Part shown: positions 18,117 through 25,299 of the stretch, piece by piece
How the letters are laid out: each line of letters begins with the position of its first letter
Numbering within the stretch: the stretch's first letter is position 1
Assembly: GCF_000317045.1 (NCBI RefSeq)
Contig: NC_019703.1
Location: forward strand, 3,440,934 to 3,480,933
Length of the DNA stretch: 40,000 bases
Direction of reading: 5' to 3'
Origin: Geitlerinema sp. PCC 7407
GTDB taxonomy: Bacteria > Cyanobacteriota > Cyanobacteriia > PCC-7407
The notes under the pieces: model-generated
Seen by the model: only the letters and a program-made list of their open reading frames with translations
Databases searched by the model: none
What the model was told of the DNA's origin: nothing
Translations under genes and position numbers: made by a program

Positions 18117-19031
18117 TTAAGACATTGGAACTGCGAAGGCGTGTCCTAGAAATACCTCTTGACCATTGTTCTGCTGATAGACACTAATAGTTGACATGTC
18201 AGTAGGATTGTGGCGGACAACAACAAGCTCCCCTACACGAGTTAGTAGTTGCTCACTACGATACACAAGATTGCGGAAGGTCAGTTGCCCAAACTTTTGG
18301 ACACGACGTTGAGACGGAGGAATAAACAAATCATCTAAAGTTTGTTCAGAAGGACCAGCGGGTTGATTGATTAAGCCCTCCTTCCAACGCTGCGATCGAG
18401 TTTGATTTGGTGCCTTCGGGTAAGGTCGTTGATTGTAGTTATCTACGATGTAATGCCCTACAATCTGCTCCAGTTGTTGCAACTCCAAATACACTTCGCG
18501 GTTAGCTGGAGGTTGTTGAGGAATCTCATTGAATCCAGGTAACAATGCAAAGCAGTCGTGATTGGCTGTCAGAAAGAAACGCTCTACTGAGCCGCCCTCA
18601 GGAGGAGATACACGCTGGTGGAACTGGCATCCTAAATGATGAGTGATTTGATCAAGAGCAGAGGGATCAAGATCACTCGCCATATCAATAACGATGCCTT
18701 CAGGAATACCATGAATCTCCCAATCACAACAAGTTTCATACTGCACCTGAGGTTTCTTTGGTAGCATCGCATGGCGCAACACTGTGAGAATTGAAGCATC
18801 AGAGCTTACATTGAGTTGATAGCCCGCAATGCACCCTGAGTACAAGTCACCAACTACATCGAGAAAGGGATTACAGACTTGGTCGTTAGCAACCTTGACA
18901 GGAACACTTAGTTTCGAACGATTGATTACCCACAATTGATTGCTATGGGTAACACACACATTGGTTTCATTGGTCATGAATAGTTTTGTCTCCATTGAAT
19001 ATAAAGTCCAGTAGCATTTTGCTGATTGCAT
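18117..19031 (-). CDS. TnsB-derived DDE-core protein lacking the N-terminal DNA-binding and C-terminal TnsC-binding regions; first catalytic Asp replaced by Asn
   Basis: 304-aa ORF (likely start ATG 18977, MTNETNV, with GGAG upstream). It aligns by eye with TnsB at 21598-23685: WVINRS against WQVDST (D to N), IVIDMASD against LFTDGGSE (D kept), GGSVERFFLTAN against GGGIERIFKTLN (E kept), and VVVRHNPTDMSTISVY against VTLRYDPRDVTTMFAY. It ends right after ...EVFLGHAFAVPMS. Confidence 0.65.
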   Translation of the reverse strand: MQSAKCYWTLYSMETKLFMTNETNVCVTHSNQLWVINRSKLSVPVKVANDQVCNPFLDVVGDLYSGCIAGYQLNVSSDASILTVLRHAMLPKKPQVQYETCCDWEIHGIPEGIVIDMASDLDPSALDQITHHLGCQFHQRVSPPEGGSVERFFLTANHDCFALLPGFNEIPQQPPANREVYLELQQLEQIVGHYIVDNYNQRPYPKAPNQTRSQRWKEGLINQPAGPSEQTLDDLFIPPSQRRVQKFGQLTFRNLVYRSEQLLTRVGELVVVRHNPTDMSTISVYQQNNGQEVFLGHAFAVPMS

Positions 19032-19159
19032 GATAGTACATTTGAACTATAATGCACATTTTTTTAGGAAAAAGTGAGTTGTCAACTGGCAAAAGTTTTA
19101 CCGATGAGGCAACAAAACTTTGCCCTACTCATACAAGTGATAAAAGACACAACCATTGA

Positions 19160-19687
19160 CTAATATGCCTTCTGGTACTTAACCATTCGCTTGTAAGGCA
19201 TCCCACACTTCTCACAAAAATCATTTGTCAAAATAGACTGTATAGAAAACTTTTTTCGGCACCCTGTTCCAGGACATTTTGAAAGCAGTCGAAGCTGATG
19301 CTGATCGCACCCTTCCGTTGATCGAAGCTGCCATTTCATCTGATGGCATGGATGTTTGAGGTAACAAGCTGCACAAAAGCGAATTGTGTTTTGAACAACT
19401 TCTTCACTTTCAGGAGGTAACATTTCAGCTAACCTCTTGGGACTGATTCCAATTAAAGAACCTACAGCTTTCAGTTCTTTTCGATTTGGGTAAGGGTTGT
19501 ATTGGAACCTTTCCCATCTTGCAAGTACTGGTCCAATACCTGCCTCCTGAGTTAGCCAACTTGGTGTCGAGAGCCTGTTTCCTTTCCCATATCGAAATCG
19601 ATGAAAGTAACTGGGCAAACTCTCACCCTCTAAAGGTTCAACGTATTCTAGTTGAAGTTGAGGTTGTTCTAATTTGGGTTTAGGCAT
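19160..19687 (-). CDS. tniQ: Short TniQ-family targeting protein (type V-K CAST-like)
   Basis: 175 aa. LEGESLPSYFHRFR, LARWERFQYNPYP, RLAEMLPP, IRFCAACY, PCHQMKWQ and CDQHQLRLLSKCPG..C closely parallel the ~167-aa ShCAST TniQ as I remember it (EGESLSHFLGRFRR, ARWERFHFNP, LAQMLPP, IRLCGACY, CDRHQLK). It sits directly after tnsC. Confidence 0.85.
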   Translation of the reverse strand: MPKPKLEQPQLQLEYVEPLEGESLPSYFHRFRYGKGNRLSTPSWLTQEAGIGPVLARWERFQYNPYPNRKELKAVGSLIGISPKRLAEMLPPESEEVVQNTIRFCAACYLKHPCHQMKWQLRSTEGCDQHQLRLLSKCPGTGCRKKFSIQSILTNDFCEKCGMPYKRMVKYQKAY

Positions 19688-19735
19688 CGCTTAAATCCAG
19701 GTCGATTATTTGCTTGTGACCATTCAATGGAACAA

Positions 19736-20665
19736 CTATTTTCTTTTCTTACCTGCTTGTTTATGATTTGCTATTGCCAGCTTAAGTATGTCCTTAGTAA
19801 TTTTGGGTGAACCTTGAATTACAGCCTCAATCGCAGCACTCCTCAGAATGGCATCAAGTGCGCGCAGACTATAGTTGGTAGACTGAATCAGAAGTTTAAT
19901 CAATTCTTTTGATGTCAATCCTGATGGTTCTGGAAGTTTCAATACCTGTTTTTCCCAAATTGCTACCGTTTTTGCAAACTCTGTAGCGCTCATTTTGTCA
20001 AAATGGTAGCGAAATTCAAATCTGCCATCCACTTGTTCATCTCTAGAGATGAGGGTAGTCAATCTATTAGTACCTACGAGAATAATGGACAGTTCGAGAT
20101 CCTCGGTGTTGTAGATGTAGCTAAGTTCAGCTAAAGTTTCATACTTAAAGCGATTTGCCTCATCTAAAATCAGTGTTTCGGTGCGGCGTAATTCAAGTGT
20201 TTCGAGCAATCGTTCTCGTAAGTCGTCTGTTGAACCTTGCAATGCGCGATTGCCCATAACCTGCAGCAATCCTTTATGACATTGCTTTGGACCACAATTA
20301 GGAGTTACTTCCCAATAGACAACGGGCATGTGTCGTTGTTTACCGGATTGAGGTTGTACTGGAACACGAAGCTTATATGCCATGCAACCCATTGTTTTGC
20401 CAACTCCAGAATTACCTTCGACAATTCCAGATTCCCCCGCCAAACGTCGAGTATCTAGCCAATCATGGAGATTGGTGACGGAGGTAAGTGGCACATAAAA
20501 TTTCTTACGCAACCGCTTGATTTCAGCCTGTTTCTCTGGCGACAGTTGCTTGACTGATCCTAATTTTTCTGCGACTTTCACAGCGTTTGTAGCTGTCATT
20601 CCTGCATCTGTTTCTGCATCTGTTTCCGCATCTGTAGCTGGTACTTCAGCGTTTTTGGTTGTCAT
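19736..20665 (-). CDS. tnsC: TnsC/TniB-like AAA+ transposition ATPase
   Basis: 309-aa ORF. Walker A GNSGVGKTMG and Walker B ETLILDEANRF. An alternative start at ATG 20599 (MTATNAVK) would give 287 aa and would exclude the TDAETDAETDAG repeat. Confidence 0.8.
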   Translation of the reverse strand: MTTKNAEVPATDAETDAETDAGMTATNAVKVAEKLGSVKQLSPEKQAEIKRLRKKFYVPLTSVTNLHDWLDTRRLAGESGIVEGNSGVGKTMGCMAYKLRVPVQPQSGKQRHMPVVYWEVTPNCGPKQCHKGLLQVMGNRALQGSTDDLRERLLETLELRRTETLILDEANRFKYETLAELSYIYNTEDLELSIILVGTNRLTTLISRDEQVDGRFEFRYHFDKMSATEFAKTVAIWEKQVLKLPEPSGLTSKELIKLLIQSTNYSLRALDAILRSAAIEAVIQGSPKITKDILKLAIANHKQAGKKRK

Positions 20666-21597
20666 AAAATTTCTGGGTAGGTTGGCAAAAGGTTCGTGTA
20701 AAACTGGGCAGTTAGGCAGGTAGTATCTAAAGCTTGAAAAATAATGGTACTCAGGTACTATTGTTTGTGGTAAAGAATATTCAATGTGTAAAAAAACTTA
20801 ATAAAGCTAGTTAGGAGAATAAGCGAAGGTTCGGTATCCTAGTGCTTGCAAGGTTTTGAAGAGGTTTTCCTGCACCATCTTTCCACTTAACAAGAGGCAG
20901 TATCTTGGCGGATTGACAAATCTTTCGCCGATCCCATTCGCCCCACAACTAAAGACGCGCTAATCGCTGAAGTCCTCCTAAAGAGGACTGGATCAAAGTG
21001 TCATTGAGGACACATTTTGAAGATTGGTGGAGATTGAGCAGATGATGCGGAGATAAGGAAAAGGGGGGACGCAGAGAGCAAGAACGTTGCCTGAAATCCC
21101 CATGTCTCCGTGTCTCGGTGTCTGTGTCGAACCCACTTCCCAACTGCCGAATGCATTTGATCAGAATTCAGTCCGTTTTACTAACTTCTATTAGTCCTGA
21201 ACTGGAAATCAGCAGAGGATGAACGAAGCGACTGAATTTCAGCAGTTTTGCCTATCAATCAGTCCCTTGCACTCAATTACAAATATAAAATGCTGCACAT
21301 CGAGAAGTAGAATGACGATCGCTGGTATTCGTGTTGTTGAACGACTCGTCAGTAGGCAAAGTTTAATGTGATTGGCGATCGCTGGAGATTTCAATAATTG
21401 TCTCTGCTTAATCCAACTTCCAATCCAAATTGCTCTTGGGCACCTGAAGTTACCTTACATTCCTCAACAGGTTACTGGAGACGCAGAACATTCCAAGCAT
21501 TAAATAGAAATTTTGATTCCAGAGGCGGATAAGAGACTATTTCCTCCATTCCAGAAACTCTGAATGCAAGAATGGTCGAAATTTAAGGACAAAGCTC

Positions 21598-23685
21598 CTA
21601 GAAATCCTGTATCATCTCATCCCAATCATAAACTTCTACCTCAGGTATTTCAATATCACCCTCAGATACTACTGTCTCCTTATCTTCTGCACTACCAGAA
21701 CTCCTAGTATTCAACTCTGAACTTTCCTCCTCCATTCCTTCTGAGCTACTTGCTTCTGAACCCGAACTATCTCCAGAGGTACTAGGGTCAGAAGTTTCAC
21801 TACCATCATCACTAGGTAGTGAAACTTCTGAAGTTGGTAGTTCTTCATCTTGAAGAATACTGTCTGCTGGTACTTCATGGAAATCATCATGTTCAGATCT
21901 CCTACGCTGCTTCCTGCTTAATTTTTGGATTTCTGCAACACGAGAATCACGATAGTCAATTTCTCTTAAAACAGACAAGACAGTTTGATTCGTAACAGCT
22001 TTTCCGTCCTCCCTCAACCCTGCGTTAATTACTTCAAGTTCATCTAACGAAAGACGCTCACACTCTAAATCACGAGGATGTATGCGAGCTATAAATTTAC
22101 CTAACCTGTCCTCTGACTCATAGCTGTAAGCAAACATTGTAGTAACATCTCTGGGATCATAACGGAGAGTCACGTATTCACCAGCATAGGAACTTAAGCA
22201 ATCACCACGGTATATAAGGTTCTTGAAGTAAACATCTCCATATTTCTGAACCCTACGATGAGCTTCTTTCATTAAGCAAATATCTAGTTCTCTCTCATCG
22301 ACAAATTCTAGAATGTCTTCTTGTGTGGCTTGCCAACGTTGATAGCGTGTTTGAGTTTTTACCTTTGGATGTTGCCTCCGGTTGTAATTATCAACGAGAT
22401 ACTTAACTAGAAGCATTTCAAGGTCGGTAAGGGTTAGGCAAGCCTCCTTTTCCGCATCTTTAGGGCGGTCTTTAACATTGGAGCCTTTATACCCTGGTAT
22501 TTGAGAGAAAAACTCAGTGTTTAGAGTTTTAAAGATCCGTTCAATTCCGCCTCCATCTGAGGGGCGGAGACGAAGGTAATGAACAAAACCCAGTTTCTCT
22601 GAAACCTGTGAAATATGTTCACAGTCGTGCTCTGAACCTCCATCCGTAAAAAGAACACAAGGTTTTCCCTGTATCCCCCATTCATTTTCGAGGTTGTAAT
22701 CTGGGCCATAGTTCTTAGGCAGAATTGCGTGGCGTAGTGCAAGAGCGACTTCTTTAGACCCAGGACCCAAGAATCCAAGATGGAACCCAACCACACATCC
22801 AGAGTAGGTATCCAAGATGATTGTCAACACGGGACACCCTATTTCAACACCATCCTTATCTACTAATAAAACATCTGCTCTCGTGCTATCAACTTGCCAA
22901 ACATCTTGGCTCCATCTCACAGGAATACTTTGTCCACAACGAGTTTTGACATGATGTTGATGTGGAGACTGTCCTGCATGTCTTACCGTTTTATTCTCCT
23001 GATTAATCAAAGGCTCTAAGATGCGGTAGACAGCCATCTTGCTTGGGTATTGCCCATCTTGAAGACCAAATTCTAATCTGGCTAATTTCTGCACCCTTAC
23101 AAAGACTTGGTATTGATTCATTCTCTGCGAGCCTTTGTTTCGATTGATGTAAGTGTCGATGATGTAACTCGACCATTTAAAGTCCTGATATTTTTCCTCC
23201 AAACGAAACTTTTCAGGAATTGGGTATAGTTTATCGATTCGAGGAGTACCCTTATCAGCTCTTGAGTTAGAGGCGAAGGCTTCTGAGTTTTTCTCTAAAT
23301 ATTTGTTGATTTCCCTTTGAATCGATCGGTCACTTAAACCAAGCTGCTTAGCAGCTTCTTTTTTCCTTTGTTTACGGGTATCCTCATCCCTAGCAGCGCA
23401 TATAGCTCGGATCAATTTGAGCCTGAGCTTCATATCTTTTTCTTTGGGTTCCTTCTTTTTCTTGGAGGAATAAGTGGCTTTAGTGGCATTGTCTGCTTCG
23501 TCAGAATCATCCAGGTCCTTTTCAAGCAGTTCATCCTGGTTCAGTTCTGAAGAATTTTGCGTTACATCTGAATCTGCTTCCAACGATGTATTATTAGCCA
23601 CAATATTTCTCTCAAGTCTGATTAATACACTTTTTCTACGTTGCAACGGATAGACGAGAAATGTGGAGCACATATCTCTGTCCAC
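21598..23685 (-). CDS. tnsB: TnsB, Mu/Tn7-type DDE transposase (type V-K CAST-like)
   Basis: 695-aa ORF (the true start may be internal). HTH-like region LGLSDRSIQREINKY and SRADKGTPRI. DDE triad in VWQVDSTRADVLLVD, VLFTDGGSEH and GGGIERIFKTLNTE. YDPRD beta-barrel motif. An acidic/Ser-rich tail ends EVYDWDEMIQDF (compare ShCAST ...EVWDYEQLREEYGF from memory). Confidence 0.88.
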   Translation of the reverse strand: MDRDMCSTFLVYPLQRRKSVLIRLERNIVANNTSLEADSDVTQNSSELNQDELLEKDLDDSDEADNATKATYSSKKKKEPKEKDMKLRLKLIRAICAARDEDTRKQRKKEAAKQLGLSDRSIQREINKYLEKNSEAFASNSRADKGTPRIDKLYPIPEKFRLEEKYQDFKWSSYIIDTYINRNKGSQRMNQYQVFVRVQKLARLEFGLQDGQYPSKMAVYRILEPLINQENKTVRHAGQSPHQHHVKTRCGQSIPVRWSQDVWQVDSTRADVLLVDKDGVEIGCPVLTIILDTYSGCVVGFHLGFLGPGSKEVALALRHAILPKNYGPDYNLENEWGIQGKPCVLFTDGGSEHDCEHISQVSEKLGFVHYLRLRPSDGGGIERIFKTLNTEFFSQIPGYKGSNVKDRPKDAEKEACLTLTDLEMLLVKYLVDNYNRRQHPKVKTQTRYQRWQATQEDILEFVDERELDICLMKEAHRRVQKYGDVYFKNLIYRGDCLSSYAGEYVTLRYDPRDVTTMFAYSYESEDRLGKFIARIHPRDLECERLSLDELEVINAGLREDGKAVTNQTVLSVLREIDYRDSRVAEIQKLSRKQRRRSEHDDFHEVPADSILQDEELPTSEVSLPSDDGSETSDPSTSGDSSGSEASSSEGMEEESSELNTRSSGSAEDKETVVSEGDIEIPEVEVYDWDEMIQDF

Positions 23686-23722
23686 ATAAGTTCGCTTGTA
23701 CTACATAGTAAAATCCGTTTCG

Positions 23723-23922
23723 GAAAAAGACAACTATTTCGTGAAATATGGGTAGCCCCTGAAAAAACGTGTTTCTGGAAAACGACAACTAATGTGTGAC
23801 ACGTATACAGATTTGCCACAAGTAAGCTCGAAAAGCCTAAAACCGTTTACCTGTAAGAATTGCAGAAATTTTCATCGCGACATTATTGTGTGAAAAAGCG
23901 ACAAATAATTCGTACTTGTACA
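23723..23922. repeat. Transposon end with four direct putative TnsB-binding repeats and an 8-bp TTGTACAA terminus region
   Basis: Plus-strand repeats: GGAAAAAGACAACTATTTCGTGAAAT (core 23729-23743), GGAAAACGACAACTAATGTGTGACAC (core 23784-23798), GCGACATTATTGTGTGAAAAA (core 23879-23893) and GAAAAAGCGACAAATAATTCGTACTTGTACA (core 23900-15, terminus 23917-23922). On the minus strand the end reads TGTACAAGTACGAATTATTTGTCGC, close to the ShCAST left end TGTACAGTGACAAATTATCTGTCG as I recall it. Confidence 0.7.
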
Positions 23923-24192
23923 AGAATTTCTGCCTAAATCAGGCGGGTGTTCAGAGCACCTGGACTTCACCGCAGCGATTTGCAATGCCCGCTGACAGAC
24001 GCTCGACAGAAAAGACCGGAAATCTGCTTCAGCACCTTCGTGCTCGAAAATTCGACGAACTACGCTTCTCGCAGACATCCAACAGACTTAGTTTTAGGCT
24101 CTGCCAGCACAAAAATACTGGGTAATGCCAAGATTCGTGAGCCATATCGGGCAAATTCGGGATAACTGGGAGTAGTCATTTCAATTTCTCCC

Positions 24193-24459
24193 ATGTCAGA
24201 ACAATTGCCGGAGAATTCGATCATTTCAGTGGAACGACAGGGTTCGTCGCCACCCAAACTATGGGAAAGCGAAGCCTTGCTAAAAGCGATTGAGTCTGGC
24301 CTGATTAGCCGCGTTGACTCTCCCCGGGCCAAAGAACTGGCAAGGGTCGGTATGCCGTGCAAGATACTTGCACCAAGGCAGGAATGGAGAACGGGGTATA
24401 TCCGGGTGAGGGTTGAGTTTGTGCCGGGTGAGCTACCTCAAGAGCAAACCGAGCAGTAA
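24193..24459 (+). CDS. KGK-domain-like small protein, paralogue 1
   Basis: 88 aa, MSEQLPENS...GMPCKILAPRQEWRTGYIRVRVEFVPGELPQEQTEQ. The C-terminal pattern G.PC..L.PG..W..G....V.F.P.E matches my recollection of the cyanobacterial KGK domain (PF08872). First of three tandem paralogues. Confidence 0.7.
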   Translation: MSEQLPENSIISVERQGSSPPKLWESEALLKAIESGLISRVDSPRAKELARVGMPCKILAPRQEWRTGYIRVRVEFVPGELPQEQTEQ

Positions 24460-24501
24460 TAGACTGCAACGTCAAAAAGTTGTCATTTTTGGTCTTTTTC
24501 C

Positions 24502-24774
24502 ATGTCAGAAGAATTGCCAGTAGATGCAGTAATCGCAGTGAACGATGATGTTCCAATGCACGAGCGGTTCTTTACCAACGAGTGGTTTCTAGAAAAAATC
24601 CGTAGTAGTTGTGATTACAGAATTTCGTCAGCCAGCCCCATAGGCGAGCGTCTTCTTGCGGAAGGAATACCATGCAAAGTGCTTGAACCAGGCCAATTTT
24701 GGGAAACAGGGTATATCCAGGTACGGGTTGAGTTTGTGCCGGATGAGTTACCTCAGGCATCGAGCGAACAGTAA
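24502..24774 (+). CDS. KGK-domain-like small protein, paralogue 2
   Basis: 90 aa, MSEELPVDAVIAVN...GIPCKVLEPGQFWETGYIQVRVEFVPDELPQ. The start lies 309 bp after the paralogue 1 start and has a similar upstream sequence (tttttccATGTCAGAAGAATTGCC). Confidence 0.7.
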   Translation: MSEELPVDAVIAVNDDVPMHERFFTNEWFLEKIRSSCDYRISSASPIGERLLAEGIPCKVLEPGQFWETGYIQVRVEFVPDELPQASSEQ

Positions 24775-24814
24775 CGGACTGAAAGTCGAAAAGTAGATAT
24801 TTTGAGCTTTTTCA

Positions 24815-25096
24815 ATGTCAGAACACTTTCCATTAGATGCAGTAATCGCGGTCAACTCCGAGGTTGGCATGTACACTAAGCTTTTTAGATCTGACTGGCT
24901 AATATCTCAAATTCAAAAAGGTGCAAATGCTGAGCTAGGTGGCTCAGCTGGCAATTTTTTGTCAGATGATGGATTGCCCTGCGAGGTTCTCCGGCCTGGA
25001 ATGCATTGGCGGTCAGGAAAACTTCACATCAAGATCAAGTTTGTACCTGGTGAGCTGCCACAAGAGCAAAGCGATCAAGCTAGCGATCAGATTTAA
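24815..25096 (+). CDS. KGK-domain-like small protein, paralogue 3
   Basis: 93 aa, MSEHFPLDAVIAVN...GLPCEVLRPGMHWRSGKLHIKIKFVPGELPQEQSDQ. The start lies 313 bp after the paralogue 2 start. Confidence 0.7.
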   Translation: MSEHFPLDAVIAVNSEVGMYTKLFRSDWLISQIQKGANAELGGSAGNFLSDDGLPCEVLRPGMHWRSGKLHIKIKFVPGELPQEQSDQASDQI

Positions 25097-25113
25097 TTAA
25101 GCAGCTAGACATT

Positions 25114-25155
25114 AAGAGAGGCTATGGCTTATGCATCATAGCCTCTCTTATTTTT
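25114..25155 (+). terminator. Rho-independent terminator of the KGK-like gene triplet
   Basis: 13-bp perfect stem AAGAGAGGCTATG (25114-25126) / CATAGCCTCTCTT (25137-25149), followed by ATTTTT. Confidence 0.7.
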
Positions 25156-25230
25156 AGGTTATTTCTTTAGCTATTGAGACTATTTTCAAAACTAATACTT
25201 GATATTTATGAGTGTACAAATAGTAATTTT

Positions 25231-25268
25231 AAAAATACGAAAAAGGTGAGTTTTTAGGCTCACCTTTT
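25231..25268 (-). terminator. Rho-independent terminator downstream of purM
   Basis: Stem AAAAGGTGAG (25241-25250) / CTCACCTTTT (25259-25268). On the minus strand the hairpin is followed by TTTTTCGTATTTTT. It lies 32 nt after the purM stop. Confidence 0.65.
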
Positions 25269-25299
25269 CAGGAGTGTGAGAGGTGCTAGAAGCGTAAAA

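Larger units (their letters stand above)
16990..23922 (-). mobile_element. Tn7-like (V-K-CAST-like) transposon segment: tnsB-proximal end, tnsB, tnsC, tniQ and TnsB-core paralogues; the other end is not identified in the window
   Basis: Canonical tnsB-tnsC-tniQ order. The terminal ...TTGTACA at 23922 is preceded by four direct repeats. The element may extend further left and include the recombinase module and the Dpd island as cargo (inference). Confidence 0.7.

Noticed and set aside
21063-21141. Minus-strand GGGAAGTGGGTTCGACAC and CTTGCTCTCTGCGTCCCC resemble, from memory, the 3' end of V-K CRISPR repeats (..GGTGGGTTGAAAG) and the ShCAST tracrRNA anti-repeat (CTTGCTTTCTGACCC)
   Set aside because: There is only a single copy with no second repeat or spacer. 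It is in the wrong place (between tnsB and tnsC), with the repeat-like part upstream of the anti-repeat-like part. The rest of the spacer does not resemble the tracrRNA I recall, and no cas12k is present. It is worth a covariance or alignment check but cannot be supported as a guide RNA.
20949-21143. 64-aa ORF in the tnsB-tnsC spacer
   Set aside because: It has no start context and a low-complexity product (TDTETRRHGD...) caused by the GTCTC-rich tract. It was treated as non-coding.
21388-21404. ATTTCAATAATTGTCTC looks like an inverted copy of the end repeats (AATAGTTGTCT)
   Set aside because: It is a single 12-mer-level match in AT-rich DNA, with no neighbouring copies and no TGTACA terminus. 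A chance occurrence in 40 kb is plausible.
23923-24192. Looked for a tRNA or other conserved att target flanking the transposon end
   Set aside because: No cloverleaf or GGTTCGAATCC-type T-arm was recognised by eye. tRNAscan or Infernal would be needed for a firm negative.
23872-24362. Overlapping 68-100-aa ORFs on both strands at and just outside the transposon end
   Set aside because: They are mutually overlapping, span the end repeats and the KGK upstream region, and have no motifs or start signals.
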